Below, piece by piece: positions 32,305 to 41,733 of a stretch of DNA of 64,000 nt. The stretch is from the NCBI GenBank assembly GCA_965219415.1, contig CBDCNP010000002.1, positions 2,240,001 through 2,304,000 on the forward strand, given 5' to 3'. Origin of the DNA: Candidatus Marinacidobacterales bacterium (GTDB lineage Bacteria > Acidobacteriota > Vicinamibacteria > Marinacidobacterales > DATDRI01). Each line of letters starts with the position of its first letter. Position 1 is the first letter of the stretch. Both the position numbers and the translations under genes were made by a program. The notes below the pieces were generated by a model, which was not told where the DNA came from, made no database searches, and worked only from the letters and a program-made list of their open reading frames with translations.

Positions 32305-33403
32305 GGATCGGCGTGGACGTACGGGAATTGCAGCAGGGGATCCAAGACCGGGATCGGTCGCGTGGTCGAGGCATTCATCACCGAGACGCCGAAAATCGAT
32401 CCCCAGGCCAGGCTCTTCCTGTACGCGGACAAGACGACACGTCCCGATCTTCAAGGAGACAGAGTCGAGGTTCGCACACTCGGCCAGCCGGCGCCCCTTT
32501 GGTTCGATCAAGTAGCCCTTCCGATGGCGCTCACGAAGGATCGAGTGGACGTTTTCTTCTCGCCCTATTACAAGGCCCCCGTCGCCGCACCATGCCCTTC
32601 GGTGGTCACCATCCATGACATACTTTTTTTGAAATTCAGCGGCCAACGCATCAAGAACACTCTCTTCAAACCCTGGGCTAAGTTCATCGCCTCCCGCGTC
32701 GCCCGAATCCTCACCGACTCCGATTACTCACGCCGCGACCTCGAGAAGACTCTCGGGTTTGATTCTGCCGACATCGAGGTCATCCCGCTCGGAGTCTCAC
32801 CGAGCTTCTCTCCGTCCGCCCGGGCCGGTAGCGAAACACTCGCCGAGACTCTCGGTTTCTCCAAAAACTACATCCTTTCCATCACGAACTTTCTGGCTCA
32901 CAAGAACAACGAATGCCTGGTACGTGCCTTCGCCGAACTGGCTCCTCAGGAGCCGGACCTGACCTTGGTGCTAGCCGGGCGTGCGGCGGCTCCCACGGGA
33001 CACCTGACGGCTCTCGTGGAACGACTCGGGCTCGGGGGCCGCGTCTCGATGCCCGGGGCGATCGCCGACGAGGATCTTCCGGCGCTTTACGCGGGGGCCC
33101 GTGTCTTTGCGTTTCCCTCTCTGTAACGAGGGCTTTGGGCTCCCCATCCTCGAAGCCTTCGCCAGTGGAGTCCCGGTGGCCTGTTCTTCGGCCACATCGC
33201 TCCCGGAAGTCGCTTCGGAGGCCGCGTTGCTGCTGGAACCGAAAGATCCCTCGGCTTGGACTGAGGGGCTGAGGCGACTGCAGACCGACGAGCCGTTGCG
33301 AGAGCAGCTCATCGACGCCGGCCTGGCGCGAGCCCGCCAGTTCCCGTGGCGCAATTCGGTGGCGCGCATCCTTTCCGTCCTGGAAAAGGCGAGCGAGAAG
33401 TGA
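32301..33403 (+). pseudogene. GT4 (mannosyltransferase-like), frameshifts near 32340 and 33122
   Basis: MRIGVDVR, VTIHD and HKN; FPSL and EGFGLPILEA are split over different frames. Confidence 0.82.
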
Positions 33404-33580
33404 CGGCCTTTCTATTGGCGATGACCGTCGCCGCGACGCCGAGCTACGCGGACGGAATCTCTCTGCGGACGGCGTTCCACGTACACACGACGTTCAGCGA
33501 CGGCTCCCACAGTCTAGAAGAGCTCGCATCGCGGGCCAGCCAAGAAGGCATCGATGTCATCATCCTATTCGATCACTTAC
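33400..33580 (+). pseudogene. N-terminal remnant of a PHP-domain protein
   Basis: HVHTTFSDG...IILFDH, after which similarity ends abruptly. Confidence 0.7.
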
Positions 33581-33584
33581 GGAA

Positions 33585-33760
33585 ACATCCTTGCTCGTGC
33601 TACTCGCTCTCGGCTTATCTGCCACGCTGACCCCGGTGGCGGCTTGGCTGGCGCGCCGGGTTGGTGCCATTGACGCTCCCGGCGGGAGAAAGGTTCACGA
33701 ACGGCCCACTCCTTTGTTCGGAGGCGCGGCGATTTACGTCGCGTTTATCGTTGCCGTAGT
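33585..33760 (+). pseudogene. N-terminal remnant of a WecA/MraY-family initiating transferase
   Basis: LTP...GAIDAPGGRKVHERPTPLFGGAAIY motif. Confidence 0.8.
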
Positions 33761-34362
33761 AAGCCTTCACGTACTCTCATGATGGTGATCAAGATCATGT
33801 CGAAGATCGGAACCGCCATGATCAGCACCGGCACGATCATGTCCTTGGGACTGCCTTCGGCCCAGTCGCCCATCACCGCTAGCGACGCGAGCGTGAAGCC
33901 GAGGAAAGTGGATCCGGAGTCGCCCAGGAAGATCTCCCCACCAGTGTCGCGCCGGTGGGGTTTGTAGTTGTAAGGGAGAAACCCCGCCGCGGCTCCCATA
34001 AGGGAAAAGGAGAGTAACGCTAACCCTGCCTGGTCGGTGGCTACCGCGTAGGCTCCGAGGAAGAACGCATTGATGATCGCCGAGCCTGCGGCTAGGCCGT
34101 CCAAGCCGTCTAGGAAATTGAAGGCGTTGGTGATTCCGACCACCCAAAGAAACGTGAGGAACCATTCGCCGGCGACTCCCCACCCTGTCGGCGGGAGGAA
34201 TGTAAGCACGACGCCGGAGCGAATCAGAGTAATGACCGCGGCGGTTTGAAAGAGGAGCCGCACTGTTGCGGGGACGCCTCTAGTATCCTCCAGGATGCCA
34301 ATCGCGAAAATGAGGCTGGCGGCGAGAACCACACCCCAAAGCTTCGGCGTGAGTCCGGAGCT
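33761..34362 (-). pseudogene. inverted central segment of the same WecA/MraY-family gene
   Basis: GILED, NAFNFLDGLDGLA, IFLGDSGS and VPIFD on the minus strand. Confidence 0.85.
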
Positions 34363-35208
34363 CAGCAACTGGAGTCGTGGGGGTACGAGGTCGCATCTGC
34401 CTCGAACGGCCGCGAGGCCATTGAAGTAGCCCGGCAAGAGGCGCCGGACCTTATCCTGATGGACGTGAACATGGAAGAGATGAACGGCCTCGAGGCCTGC
34501 GAGTATCTCAAAGGTGACTTCTCGACTTCGTTTATCCCTGTCATCATGCTAACCAGTCAAGACCAAGTCAACGACAAGATCACCGGCCTCGGAAAAGGGG
34601 CGGACGACTACGTTATCAAGACGGTCGACCCCCCTCGAACTGAAGGCTCGCATCGAGATGGTCATTCGCCGCACCCAAGAGCAATCGAACGCCAACCCGC
34701 TCACCAAGCTACCCGGAAATGTGGTGATCGAACGAATGGTTCAACAGAAGCTCGCGTCCGGCAAGGAATTCTCAGTGTGCTATTGCGACTTGGATAATTT
34801 CAAGGCGTACAACGACAAGTACGGTTACGAGGCTGGCGACCGAGTCATCGGTCATACCGCTGCACTGTTGGTGAAATCAGTACGAGAAAAAGGTAACCCC
34901 GATGACTTCGTGGGGCATATCGGTGGAGACGATTTCGTGGCGGTGACGGATCCCGCTCACGAGGACGCCGTCTGCAGCACGATGATCCAGAGCTTCGACC
35001 AGTCGATCGCCGACTTCTACGATGAAGAAGACAAGATTCGAAAATGCATCCAGGTGGAAAACCGTTCCGGCACCATGGAGCGATTCCCCATCATGAGCAT
35101 CACCGTCGCGGTGGTGAACAACGTCACCGAGCGTGCGAGGAGCTCGCACGAGATCGCGGAACGAGCGGCTGAGCTCAAGAAGTATCTCAAGCGTTTCCAG
35201 GGCAGCAA
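34363..35208 (+). pseudogene. response regulator-GGDEF diguanylate cyclase, 5'-truncated, frameshift near 34632
   Basis: PDLILMD, GADDY, NPLTKLPGN, DLDNFKAYND and GHIGGDDF; no start codon. Confidence 0.82.
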
Positions 35209-35654
35209 GCGGGACCCGTCTCGAGGTGTTAGAGGGCGCGGTGGACTTTGGTTCTTCCGATAGTAACATCTCGGTAGGCGGCAACTTCGGTTCGCTCGTC
35301 AAGGATGCCGGCAACGCGCCGGCCTCCCCGCACGCGCTTCCGATGGCCCCTTCCCAGTTGTTCACTCCGGCGGAGCGTGAGGTACTCGACGGCGACATCG
35401 CCAGCTATCGTTTCAGCTGGTCCGCAGTCTCCGGCGCCGAGCGCTACCATCTGGAGATCTCTTCGGATGCCGAGTTCAAGCAACTCATGGACGAGACCTG
35501 GGTCAGCGGAACCGATGCCGAGCTCATGAGCCTGAGCATCGATTCGCTCGAGCCTGGTACTTACTTCTGGCGGGTGGCCTCCATCGATGGCGATGGCTAC
35601 GAGAGTGCCTGGTCAAACGATCGGTACTTCGTCTACTCCTTGAAGGTCCAGTAG
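35209..35654 (+). pseudogene. C-terminal remnant of a FecR-like/fibronectin type III protein
   Basis: TRLEVLEGAV, FSWSAVSGAERYHLEIS and GTYFWRVASID; no start codon. Confidence 0.6.
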
Positions 35655-35674
35655 AAGACTCCTTCGTTCACTCC

Positions 35675-35714
35675 AAAGACCCTCACCTCACCCGAGGTGA
35701 GGGTCTTTCTTTTT
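35675..35714 (+). terminator. intrinsic terminator between convergent genes
   Basis: AAAGACCCTCACCTC-ACCC-GAGGTGAGGGTCTTT, a 15-bp perfect stem, followed by CTTTTT. Confidence 0.85.
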
Positions 35715-35717
35715 GTG

Positions 35718-36644
35718 TTACATGCGCGGGGCGTAATACCCAATACGGCTCCGAACCACGGTATCTTTCCGAGTGCATCGAATCTGAAGACGTCTCCAGG
35801 CGCCATCGGTCTTAGAATTCGTGGATATGTAGCCGATGTTGTATTGGCTCTTGAGCTCGGTGGCAATGCGCTCATAGACTCCCGATAAATCTTTGATTTC
35901 TGTCGGTGCAAACGGGGAACCGCCGGTCTCGCCCGATAACTTCTCGAGCTCGTACTTGGCATCGGAATACTTCTGCTTCTTGAGGTCGTCCTTACTGCCG
36001 CGAAGTGAGATGGTGTAAATGAGAACGTCCGTCTTTCTCGCCAACTGGCGGACGTCCTCGAAGGTCACCAACGACCGCGTGTCGTTTCCATCCGACAAGA
36101 CCACGATGGCCTGTCGTTCGTCGCCCTGCCGACGACGGGACAAGCTGCGGAGCGCGATGTACAAAGCCTCATAGAGTGATGTCGCTCCTTCCGCTCTCGT
36201 CGCCCGGATAGCAACCTCGACCTTCTCGAAATCGGTAGTGAATTCGGCGAGAGTCAGAACACGACTATTGAACTCGATGACCTTGACCTGGTCACGCTCT
36301 TTTAGAGAACGTGCGAAACGCACCGCGGCTTCCTGAGCCATCTCCATCCTTCGCCCCATGCTAGCCGAAGTATCCAGGAGAATAACCATGCGCAGCGGTA
36401 GGTCTTCCTTGGAAAACACTCTGATCTGCTGCGCCACGCCGTCCTCATAAATCGCGAAGTTCTCTTGCCCGAGATCCGTTACCAACCGTTGTTTGTTGTC
36501 GAAAACAGTCACCGAGAGGCTGACCATCTCGACGCTCACCCGAAACTGAGCCGATGGCTTCGTTTCCTGGGCCATTGTTCGTGAGACGACGGAGACGAAC
36601 GCCACAACGAGACAGAACAGAAGAATTCGCAGGACTATTTTCAT
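35718..36644 (-). CDS. VWA domain protein (acidobacterial type)
   Basis: Signal peptide; DTSASM MIDAS motif; TSLYEA, LSDGND, ETGG, QYNIGY and GYYAP. Confidence 0.88.
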   Translation of the reverse strand: MKIVLRILLFCLVVAFVSVVSRTMAQETKPSAQFRVSVEMVSLSVTVFDNKQRLVTDLGQENFAIYEDGVAQQIRVFSKEDLPLRMVILLDTSASMGRRMEMAQEAAVRFARSLKERDQVKVIEFNSRVLTLAEFTTDFEKVEVAIRATRAEGATSLYEALYIALRSLSRRRQGDERQAIVVLSDGNDTRSLVTFEDVRQLARKTDVLIYTISLRGSKDDLKKQKYSDAKYELEKLSGETGGSPFAPTEIKDLSGVYERIATELKSQYNIGYISTNSKTDGAWRRLQIRCTRKDTVVRSRIGYYAPRM

Positions 36645-37837
36645 GGGATGCCCACCAGCAACTCTTCTGCCTCCATGATTTCGGCTTCTGCCGCCTTCGT
36701 CTTCTTGTCACCTGCTCCTAGCTCACTGGCGGTCCGCAACCAACCCTTGCCTCGCTGGAGCGCCGCCATCAATTCCGAACGCTCCTCGTCTCCCAGTCCT
36801 CTCCGATTGGCCAGGGCCACCGCCTTGACCCAACGAGCTTCGGCGGTTGCCGCCATGACAGGTAACTCTGCGTCGGTCGGATTCAAGCGTGACCAGAAGG
36901 AAACGACGCGAGCACTATCCTTCAATGCTAACGACCCCGGCTGAGCGGACAAACCCCGCGCTAGTTTCAAACCGTTGTCGGCACTTTGCTGCTCCGAAAA
37001 GACATCCATAACCGGAAGTAACACGGACAACACGAAAGCTATCCCTTTCTCGGACCACCCGCGCTCGAATGCGGCGCGCGCCTCTTCCGGCGATGGCTGC
37101 GAAATACCGACGCGAAGCTCGCCGTGAGCCAAGTGAGTGTATGCGGCCCGGCGCGACTGAAGGGGTGCTCCCTTGGCGACTCCCCACACCCCGACGCGAA
37201 GCTGACCATCCACAATGGCCACATCACCGATGAAGACGGTGTCGCCGGGAGAGAACGAGCGTGGTTCGGTTTGATTCGAGTAAACCATTTGGACTTCTTT
37301 TTTTTCCATGTCCACAACGGCTTCGCTGACTCCCTGAATCTCCCTCTCCCTCCCGAGGGCCCGAACGACTCGGTCCTGCATGAGGGGAACTCGCGGAGCC
37401 GCAAATCGGGCTAGCAGCATGAACTGTAATGCCTCGTCCAGAAGCCTCTCTCTGCTTTCATGGAATAGGAGCCTCTCCTCCGCAATCTCCAACAGAGCGC
37501 CGGAACGAATGGGCATCTCTTCTCCTGCCCGGAGGGTCCGACGATTGACCTGACTGCCGTTCGTGCTTCCCAGGTCCTCGACCACGATCCCCTCGGCGGT
37601 TCTTCGTATCTCCAAATGGCGACGTGACACCAAGGGGTGCGTCAGAACGATCTGAGAATCCCCCAAACGTCCGATGCGCACGACGTCGGCGGTAAGAGGA
37701 TGGAGCCTCAACATCCGGAGCTCCCAGATGTAACCCCAAGGTTTCTCTTGTTGCAGGGGGGCGGCGACCGACGACGATGAGGACGCCACGAAACTCAGGA
37801 GGAGAATCGTCAGCAATATCGATCGCTCGGTGCGCAT
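36641..37837 (-). CDS. FHA domain protein with N-terminal signal peptide
   Basis: IGR, VSRRH and DLGSTNG motifs following a hydrophobic leader. Confidence 0.8.
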   Translation of the reverse strand: MRTERSILLTILLLSFVASSSSSVAAPLQQEKPWGYIWELRMLRLHPLTADVVRIGRLGDSQIVLTHPLVSRRHLEIRRTAEGIVVEDLGSTNGSQVNRRTLRAGEEMPIRSGALLEIAEERLLFHESRERLLDEALQFMLLARFAAPRVPLMQDRVVRALGREREIQGVSEAVVDMEKKEVQMVYSNQTEPRSFSPGDTVFIGDVAIVDGQLRVGVWGVAKGAPLQSRRAAYTHLAHGELRVGISQPSPEEARAAFERGWSEKGIAFVLSVLLPVMDVFSEQQSADNGLKLARGLSAQPGSLALKDSARVVSFWSRLNPTDAELPVMAATAEARWVKAVALANRRGLGDEERSELMAALQRGKGWLRTASELGAGDKKTKAAEAEIMEAEELLVGIP

Positions 37838-37848
37838 GGTGGTCAAGA

Positions 37849-38757
37849 TTAGGGCCGCAACCCCTCACTCGTCAAACTTATCCAACCCTTGTCAACGAGA
37901 AACTCCTTGGCAACGTCGGAAGCCCGCCGTCGATCGATGTCGACGGCCCGGTTCATGGATCGCATCGCGGTTTCGTCGATCGCTCCCCCCAACATTTGGA
38001 TCACTTCTCCAAAGGCGGGATGGGCTTCCGCCGTATCCGGCCGGTACACCGGAGCAGCGTAATAGGGTGGAAAGAAACGTTGATCATCTTCCAACACGGT
38101 GAGACCGAATCTTTCGATGAGACCGTCGGTAGAGTTTCCGGCAATGAGGTCCACCTTCTCCTCGACCAACGCTTGGTAAATGAGACCGAGCTCCATGCCG
38201 CGGGGAGGTGTGGCGAAGTCGAGCCCGTAGGCCTTGGTGAATCCCGGATAGCCGTCCTGGCGCTCCAAGAATTCGTGCCCGAAGCCGGTTCGAATGGTCT
38301 CGACGTGATCAACCAGATCGGAGATACGGCTTAGCCCAAGCGTCTCGGCGAGCTCGGACCGCATCGCCATCGCGTACGTATTGTTGAATCCCAAAGGCGG
38401 ACCCCAAGCGAGTCGGTATCGGTCCGAATACTCCGCCTGGACTTTCCGATAGACCTCCTCGGGATCGTGCAGGACCGGTTCTTTCAAGATAGCGGTGAGA
38501 GCGGTTCCGGTGTACTCGATGTAGACATCCATTTGTCCCGACTCGACCGCGGAGTGACAGATGAACGAGCCGCCTAGGTTGAGTCTTCGATCGACGGAGA
38601 GGCCTCGTTCCTCGAGAAGCAGTGCCACGATCTCGCCGAGAATGACCTGCTCGCTGAAATTCTTCGAACCGACGACGATGGCCGATCGCTCGCACGCAAC
38701 GCCTGTAACCCATGTAACGAGCAGCAACAACGCGGAGGCGGCCCCCGACGCTCTCAT
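37849..38757 (-). CDS. osmoprotectant (glycine betaine/choline) ABC substrate-binding lipoprotein
   Basis: GSKNFSEQ, EYTGT, GFNNTY and FFPPY motifs. Confidence 0.92.
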   Translation of the reverse strand: MRASGAASALLLLVTWVTGVACERSAIVVGSKNFSEQVILGEIVALLLEERGLSVDRRLNLGGSFICHSAVESGQMDVYIEYTGTALTAILKEPVLHDPEEVYRKVQAEYSDRYRLAWGPPLGFNNTYAMAMRSELAETLGLSRISDLVDHVETIRTGFGHEFLERQDGYPGFTKAYGLDFATPPRGMELGLIYQALVEEKVDLIAGNSTDGLIERFGLTVLEDDQRFFPPYYAAPVYRPDTAEAHPAFGEVIQMLGGAIDETAMRSMNRAVDIDRRRASDVAKEFLVDKGWISLTSEGLRP

Positions 38758-39389
38758 CGGCTTCTCACCATGACTCTCTCCAGCCATCCGAGCAACCCAT
38801 CCGCAATGATTGCGAGCAGGGCGGCCGGGATGGCGCCGGCCAGGATGAGCCGATTGTCCACCGTCGAAAGGCCCCGGAAGATGAAATCCCCGAGCCCGCC
38901 GGCACCGATCGCCGCCGCGATCGTAGCCAGGCCGACCGAGACCACGGTGGCGATGCGCACGCCCGCCAAGATCGTGGGCAAAGCCAAAGGGATCTCCACG
39001 ATGCGCAGCCTCTGCCAATCGGTCATGCCCATTCCTCGGCCCGCCTCGACAACGGCCGGATCGACGGAAAGAATGCCGGTGTAGGTATTGCGAAGGATAG
39101 GGAGCAACGCATAGAGCACGAGGGCGACGATGGCGGTCCGCGCACCGATCCCACCCAAGAGAGGGATGGGAATGAGGAATCCGAAGAGTGCAAGGCTCGG
39201 AACCGTCTGCATGACGCTGGCAAACCCAATGACCGGTCGGGCAAGGCGAGGCCTGCGCGTCAGCAACAATCCGAGCGGAACGCCCACCGCAACCGCCAGC
39301 CCCGTTGCCACCAGCACGAGAAAGATGTGCTGTGCGGTCATGGTTGCCAGTTCGCTGCGTCGTTCGACGAGAAAGCTCAAGAAATCCAT
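38754..39389 (-). CDS. osmoprotectant ABC permease
   Basis: QTVPSLAL, EAGRGMGM and IGAGGLG motifs. Confidence 0.93.
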   Translation of the reverse strand: MDFLSFLVERRSELATMTAQHIFLVLVATGLAVAVGVPLGLLLTRRPRLARPVIGFASVMQTVPSLALFGFLIPIPLLGGIGARTAIVALVLYALLPILRNTYTGILSVDPAVVEAGRGMGMTDWQRLRIVEIPLALPTILAGVRIATVVSVGLATIAAAIGAGGLGDFIFRGLSTVDNRLILAGAIPAALLAIIADGLLGWLERVMVRSR

Positions 39390-39391
39390 GG

Positions 39392-40120
39392 CTATTGAAG
39401 GAGCTCCCGTACGAACTCGTCGGCAGGCTGCTCGACGATTTCCTCAGGAGGACCGATCTGTTTGATCTGCCCCTGGTCCATCACCGCGATGCGATCCGCG
39501 AGCCGCAGCGCCTCTTGCACGTCGTGAGTGACGAATACGACCGTTTTGCCCAGCCGCTCTTCCAGCTCCCGGAACTCCCCCTGGAGTCTCCTACGGGTAA
39601 TCGGATCCAACGCTCCAAAGGGCTCGTCCATCAGGAGAAGCGGGGGATCGACAGCAAGAGCCCTTGCCACCCCCACCCTCTGCCTTTGCCCACCCGACAG
39701 TTGTGAGGGCCGCTTCGAGGAAAACTCGTCAGGCTCCAATCCCACCAGCTTCAAGAGCTCATGCGCACGCGCACGGCGCTTGTCCGGTTCCCAACCCTCG
39801 AGCCTCGGAACCAGAGCGACGTTCTCTTCGACATTCAGGTGGGGAAGAAGCCCGACTTCCTGAATCACGTACCCCGCGCGGCGACGCAGTTGGATGCGAT
39901 CCCAGTCCGCGGTTTCCCTTCCGCGAACCATCACCTGCCCCTCATCCGGGTCAATCAAGCGGTTTATCATCCTGAGGCACGTCGTCTTCCCCGAGCCGCT
40001 CGACCCCAACAACACCAGCGTCTCTCCCGGTTCGACGCGAAATGAGACGCTCGAAAGAGCCTGCTGACCGGGGGTGAAAGATTTCGAGACCGAAAGAAAC
40101 TCTACCGCCGCCTCCGTCAA
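39392..40120 (-). CDS. osmoprotectant ABC ATP-binding protein
   Basis: GSSGSGKT, LSGGQRQR and DEPFGALD; TTG start overlaps the upstream stop. Confidence 0.92.
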   Translation of the reverse strand: MTEAAVEFLSVSKSFTPGQQALSSVSFRVEPGETLVLLGSSGSGKTTCLRMINRLIDPDEGQVMVRGRETADWDRIQLRRRAGYVIQEVGLLPHLNVEENVALVPRLEGWEPDKRRARAHELLKLVGLEPDEFSSKRPSQLSGGQRQRVGVARALAVDPPLLLMDEPFGALDPITRRRLQGEFRELEERLGKTVVFVTHDVQEALRLADRIAVMDQGQIKQIGPPEEIVEQPADEFVRELLQ

Positions 40121-40962
40121 TTCGCGGCCTCGGACTTTCCTGCCCTCACCGCGCCCGACAGGCTTGACAACCCATAAAGCGTTGCCGCCAAGAGAACGAT
40201 CAGTGGACCCGTGGGCGCATCGACTCCCCAGGCATTCGAAAGCCAGAAAGATAAGAACAGCCCCGCCGTGGTGCACAACCCGCTCACAAGGACCGCAAGG
40301 ACCATCATCTTCTTCAGATCCACGGACCATTGCTGCGCGATAGCCGCCGGCAGACTGAGCAACGCGATCACCAGGATGACGCCAACCACCCGTATCAAGC
40401 TAACGACCGTCAGAGCGATCAACGCCATGAGAGTCAAGAAAAGACCCTCTACCGGCTCTCCGACCACTTGTGCGAACTCCTCGTCGAACGCAATCGCTCG
40501 AAGTCGGTCGAACAACAGCGCCACCGCCAGAAGAATCACCACATCCACGCCCGCGATCAGATAAAGATACTCTTTCGAGACGAGGACGAGACTGCCAAAT
40601 AAGTAGCTCGTTAAGTCCGGAGCATAGCCCGGCGTCATCGCAATGAAGACCATGCCCAGAGCCATCCCCACCGCCCAGACCATGGCAATGAGGGTGTCCA
40701 ACCCGGAACCGAGCCTTCGATAGGCAAACCCAACACCGAGGCCGGACAGCAACCCGAAACCGAGCGCGCCCATCATGGGATTGAATCCGAAGAAATATCC
40801 CAATCCCACGCCCCCGAAGGCGGCATGCGACAGGCCTCCCGAGATGGACACCATCCTTCTCACCATCACGTAAGTACCGATGATTCCGCCGGCGACGCTG
40901 GCTAGGAGTCCGGCCGCAAGCGCCCGCTGAAAGAAGGGGAAATCGAGGGCGTCCCACATCAT
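40117..40962 (-). CDS. znuB: Zn/Mn ABC permease
   Basis: LSHAAFGG, YLFGS and FDEEFA motifs. Confidence 0.88.
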   Translation of the reverse strand: MMWDALDFPFFQRALAAGLLASVAGGIIGTYVMVRRMVSISGGLSHAAFGGVGLGYFFGFNPMMGALGFGLLSGLGVGFAYRRLGSGLDTLIAMVWAVGMALGMVFIAMTPGYAPDLTSYLFGSLVLVSKEYLYLIAGVDVVILLAVALLFDRLRAIAFDEEFAQVVGEPVEGLFLTLMALIALTVVSLIRVVGVILVIALLSLPAAIAQQWSVDLKKMMVLAVLVSGLCTTAGLFLSFWLSNAWGVDAPTGPLIVLLAATLYGLSSLSGAVRAGKSEAAN

Positions 40963-41729
40963 TCTTGATGGTCGTCGAAAACACGGTGGGCGTGCCCATG
41001 CGCCACGAGATCCACCGGACAGCCATAGGCCGCTTCGAACATCTCTTGGGTGATTTCTTTCGAATGATGATAGTAGAGGCGACGGTTCAAACAAGCCACC
41101 GTCTTGACGTAGCGGGAGATGACGCCGACGTCGTGGGAGACGAGGACGAGGGTGACCTCCTGCGCCAGATCCTTCAAGAGCTCGAAGACACTGACACCCA
41201 CCCGAGTATCGAGGCTTGCCGTTGGCTCGTCTAGCAAGAGCAAGAGAGGCTCTACCGCGAGGGCTCGAGCGATCATCACTCGCTGAAGTTCCCCACCGGA
41301 CAACCTTCCGATTTGCCGCCCCGCTTGGTCGGCCATTTCGACTTTGTCGAGAGAGCTCAGGGCAACGTCTCGGTCTCGTTGGCTCGGTTGGCGAAAGAGC
41401 CGGCGCGAACCGATCCGCCCCATGAGAACCACATCAAGAACGTTCACCGGGAAGCCGGCATCGAACCGGGTGTACTGAGGCACGTAGCCGAGTCGCCCGC
41501 GCGCCCTCGCTGGAGACTCTCCGAGGACGCGCACCGACCCGCGATCCGGCGAAAGGAGACGCAAGATCACGCGAAGCAACGTGGTCTTGCCGCTGCCATT
41601 GGGACCAATGAGACCTAGATAGTCTCCTTCGTCCAACCTGAGGTTGACGGCCTCTAAGACCGGTCTCCCCTTGAACGAGAGCCAAACATCTTTGATTTCG
41701 ACGATCGGTTCTTTTATTGCGTCAGGCAT
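40959..41729 (-). CDS. znuC: Zn/Mn ABC ATP-binding protein
   Basis: GPNGSGKT, LSGGELQR and VSHD; His-rich tail. Confidence 0.88.
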   Translation of the reverse strand: MPDAIKEPIVEIKDVWLSFKGRPVLEAVNLRLDEGDYLGLIGPNGSGKTTLLRVILRLLSPDRGSVRVLGESPARARGRLGYVPQYTRFDAGFPVNVLDVVLMGRIGSRRLFRQPSQRDRDVALSSLDKVEMADQAGRQIGRLSGGELQRVMIARALAVEPLLLLLDEPTASLDTRVGVSVFELLKDLAQEVTLVLVSHDVGVISRYVKTVACLNRRLYYHHSKEITQEMFEAAYGCPVDLVAHGHAHRVFDDHQE

Positions 41730-41733
41730 TGTT

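Noticed and set aside
33745-34437. 230-aa minus-strand ORF as an independent MraY-like gene
   Set aside because: Its ends are antisense read-through of neighbouring fragments. It is the inverted middle of the plus-strand gene.
13828-35208. Programmed ribosomal frameshifting or phase-variable tracts as the cause of the split genes
   Set aside because: I see no consistent slippery motif or long tract, several genes have more than one lesion, and deletions accompany the shifts.
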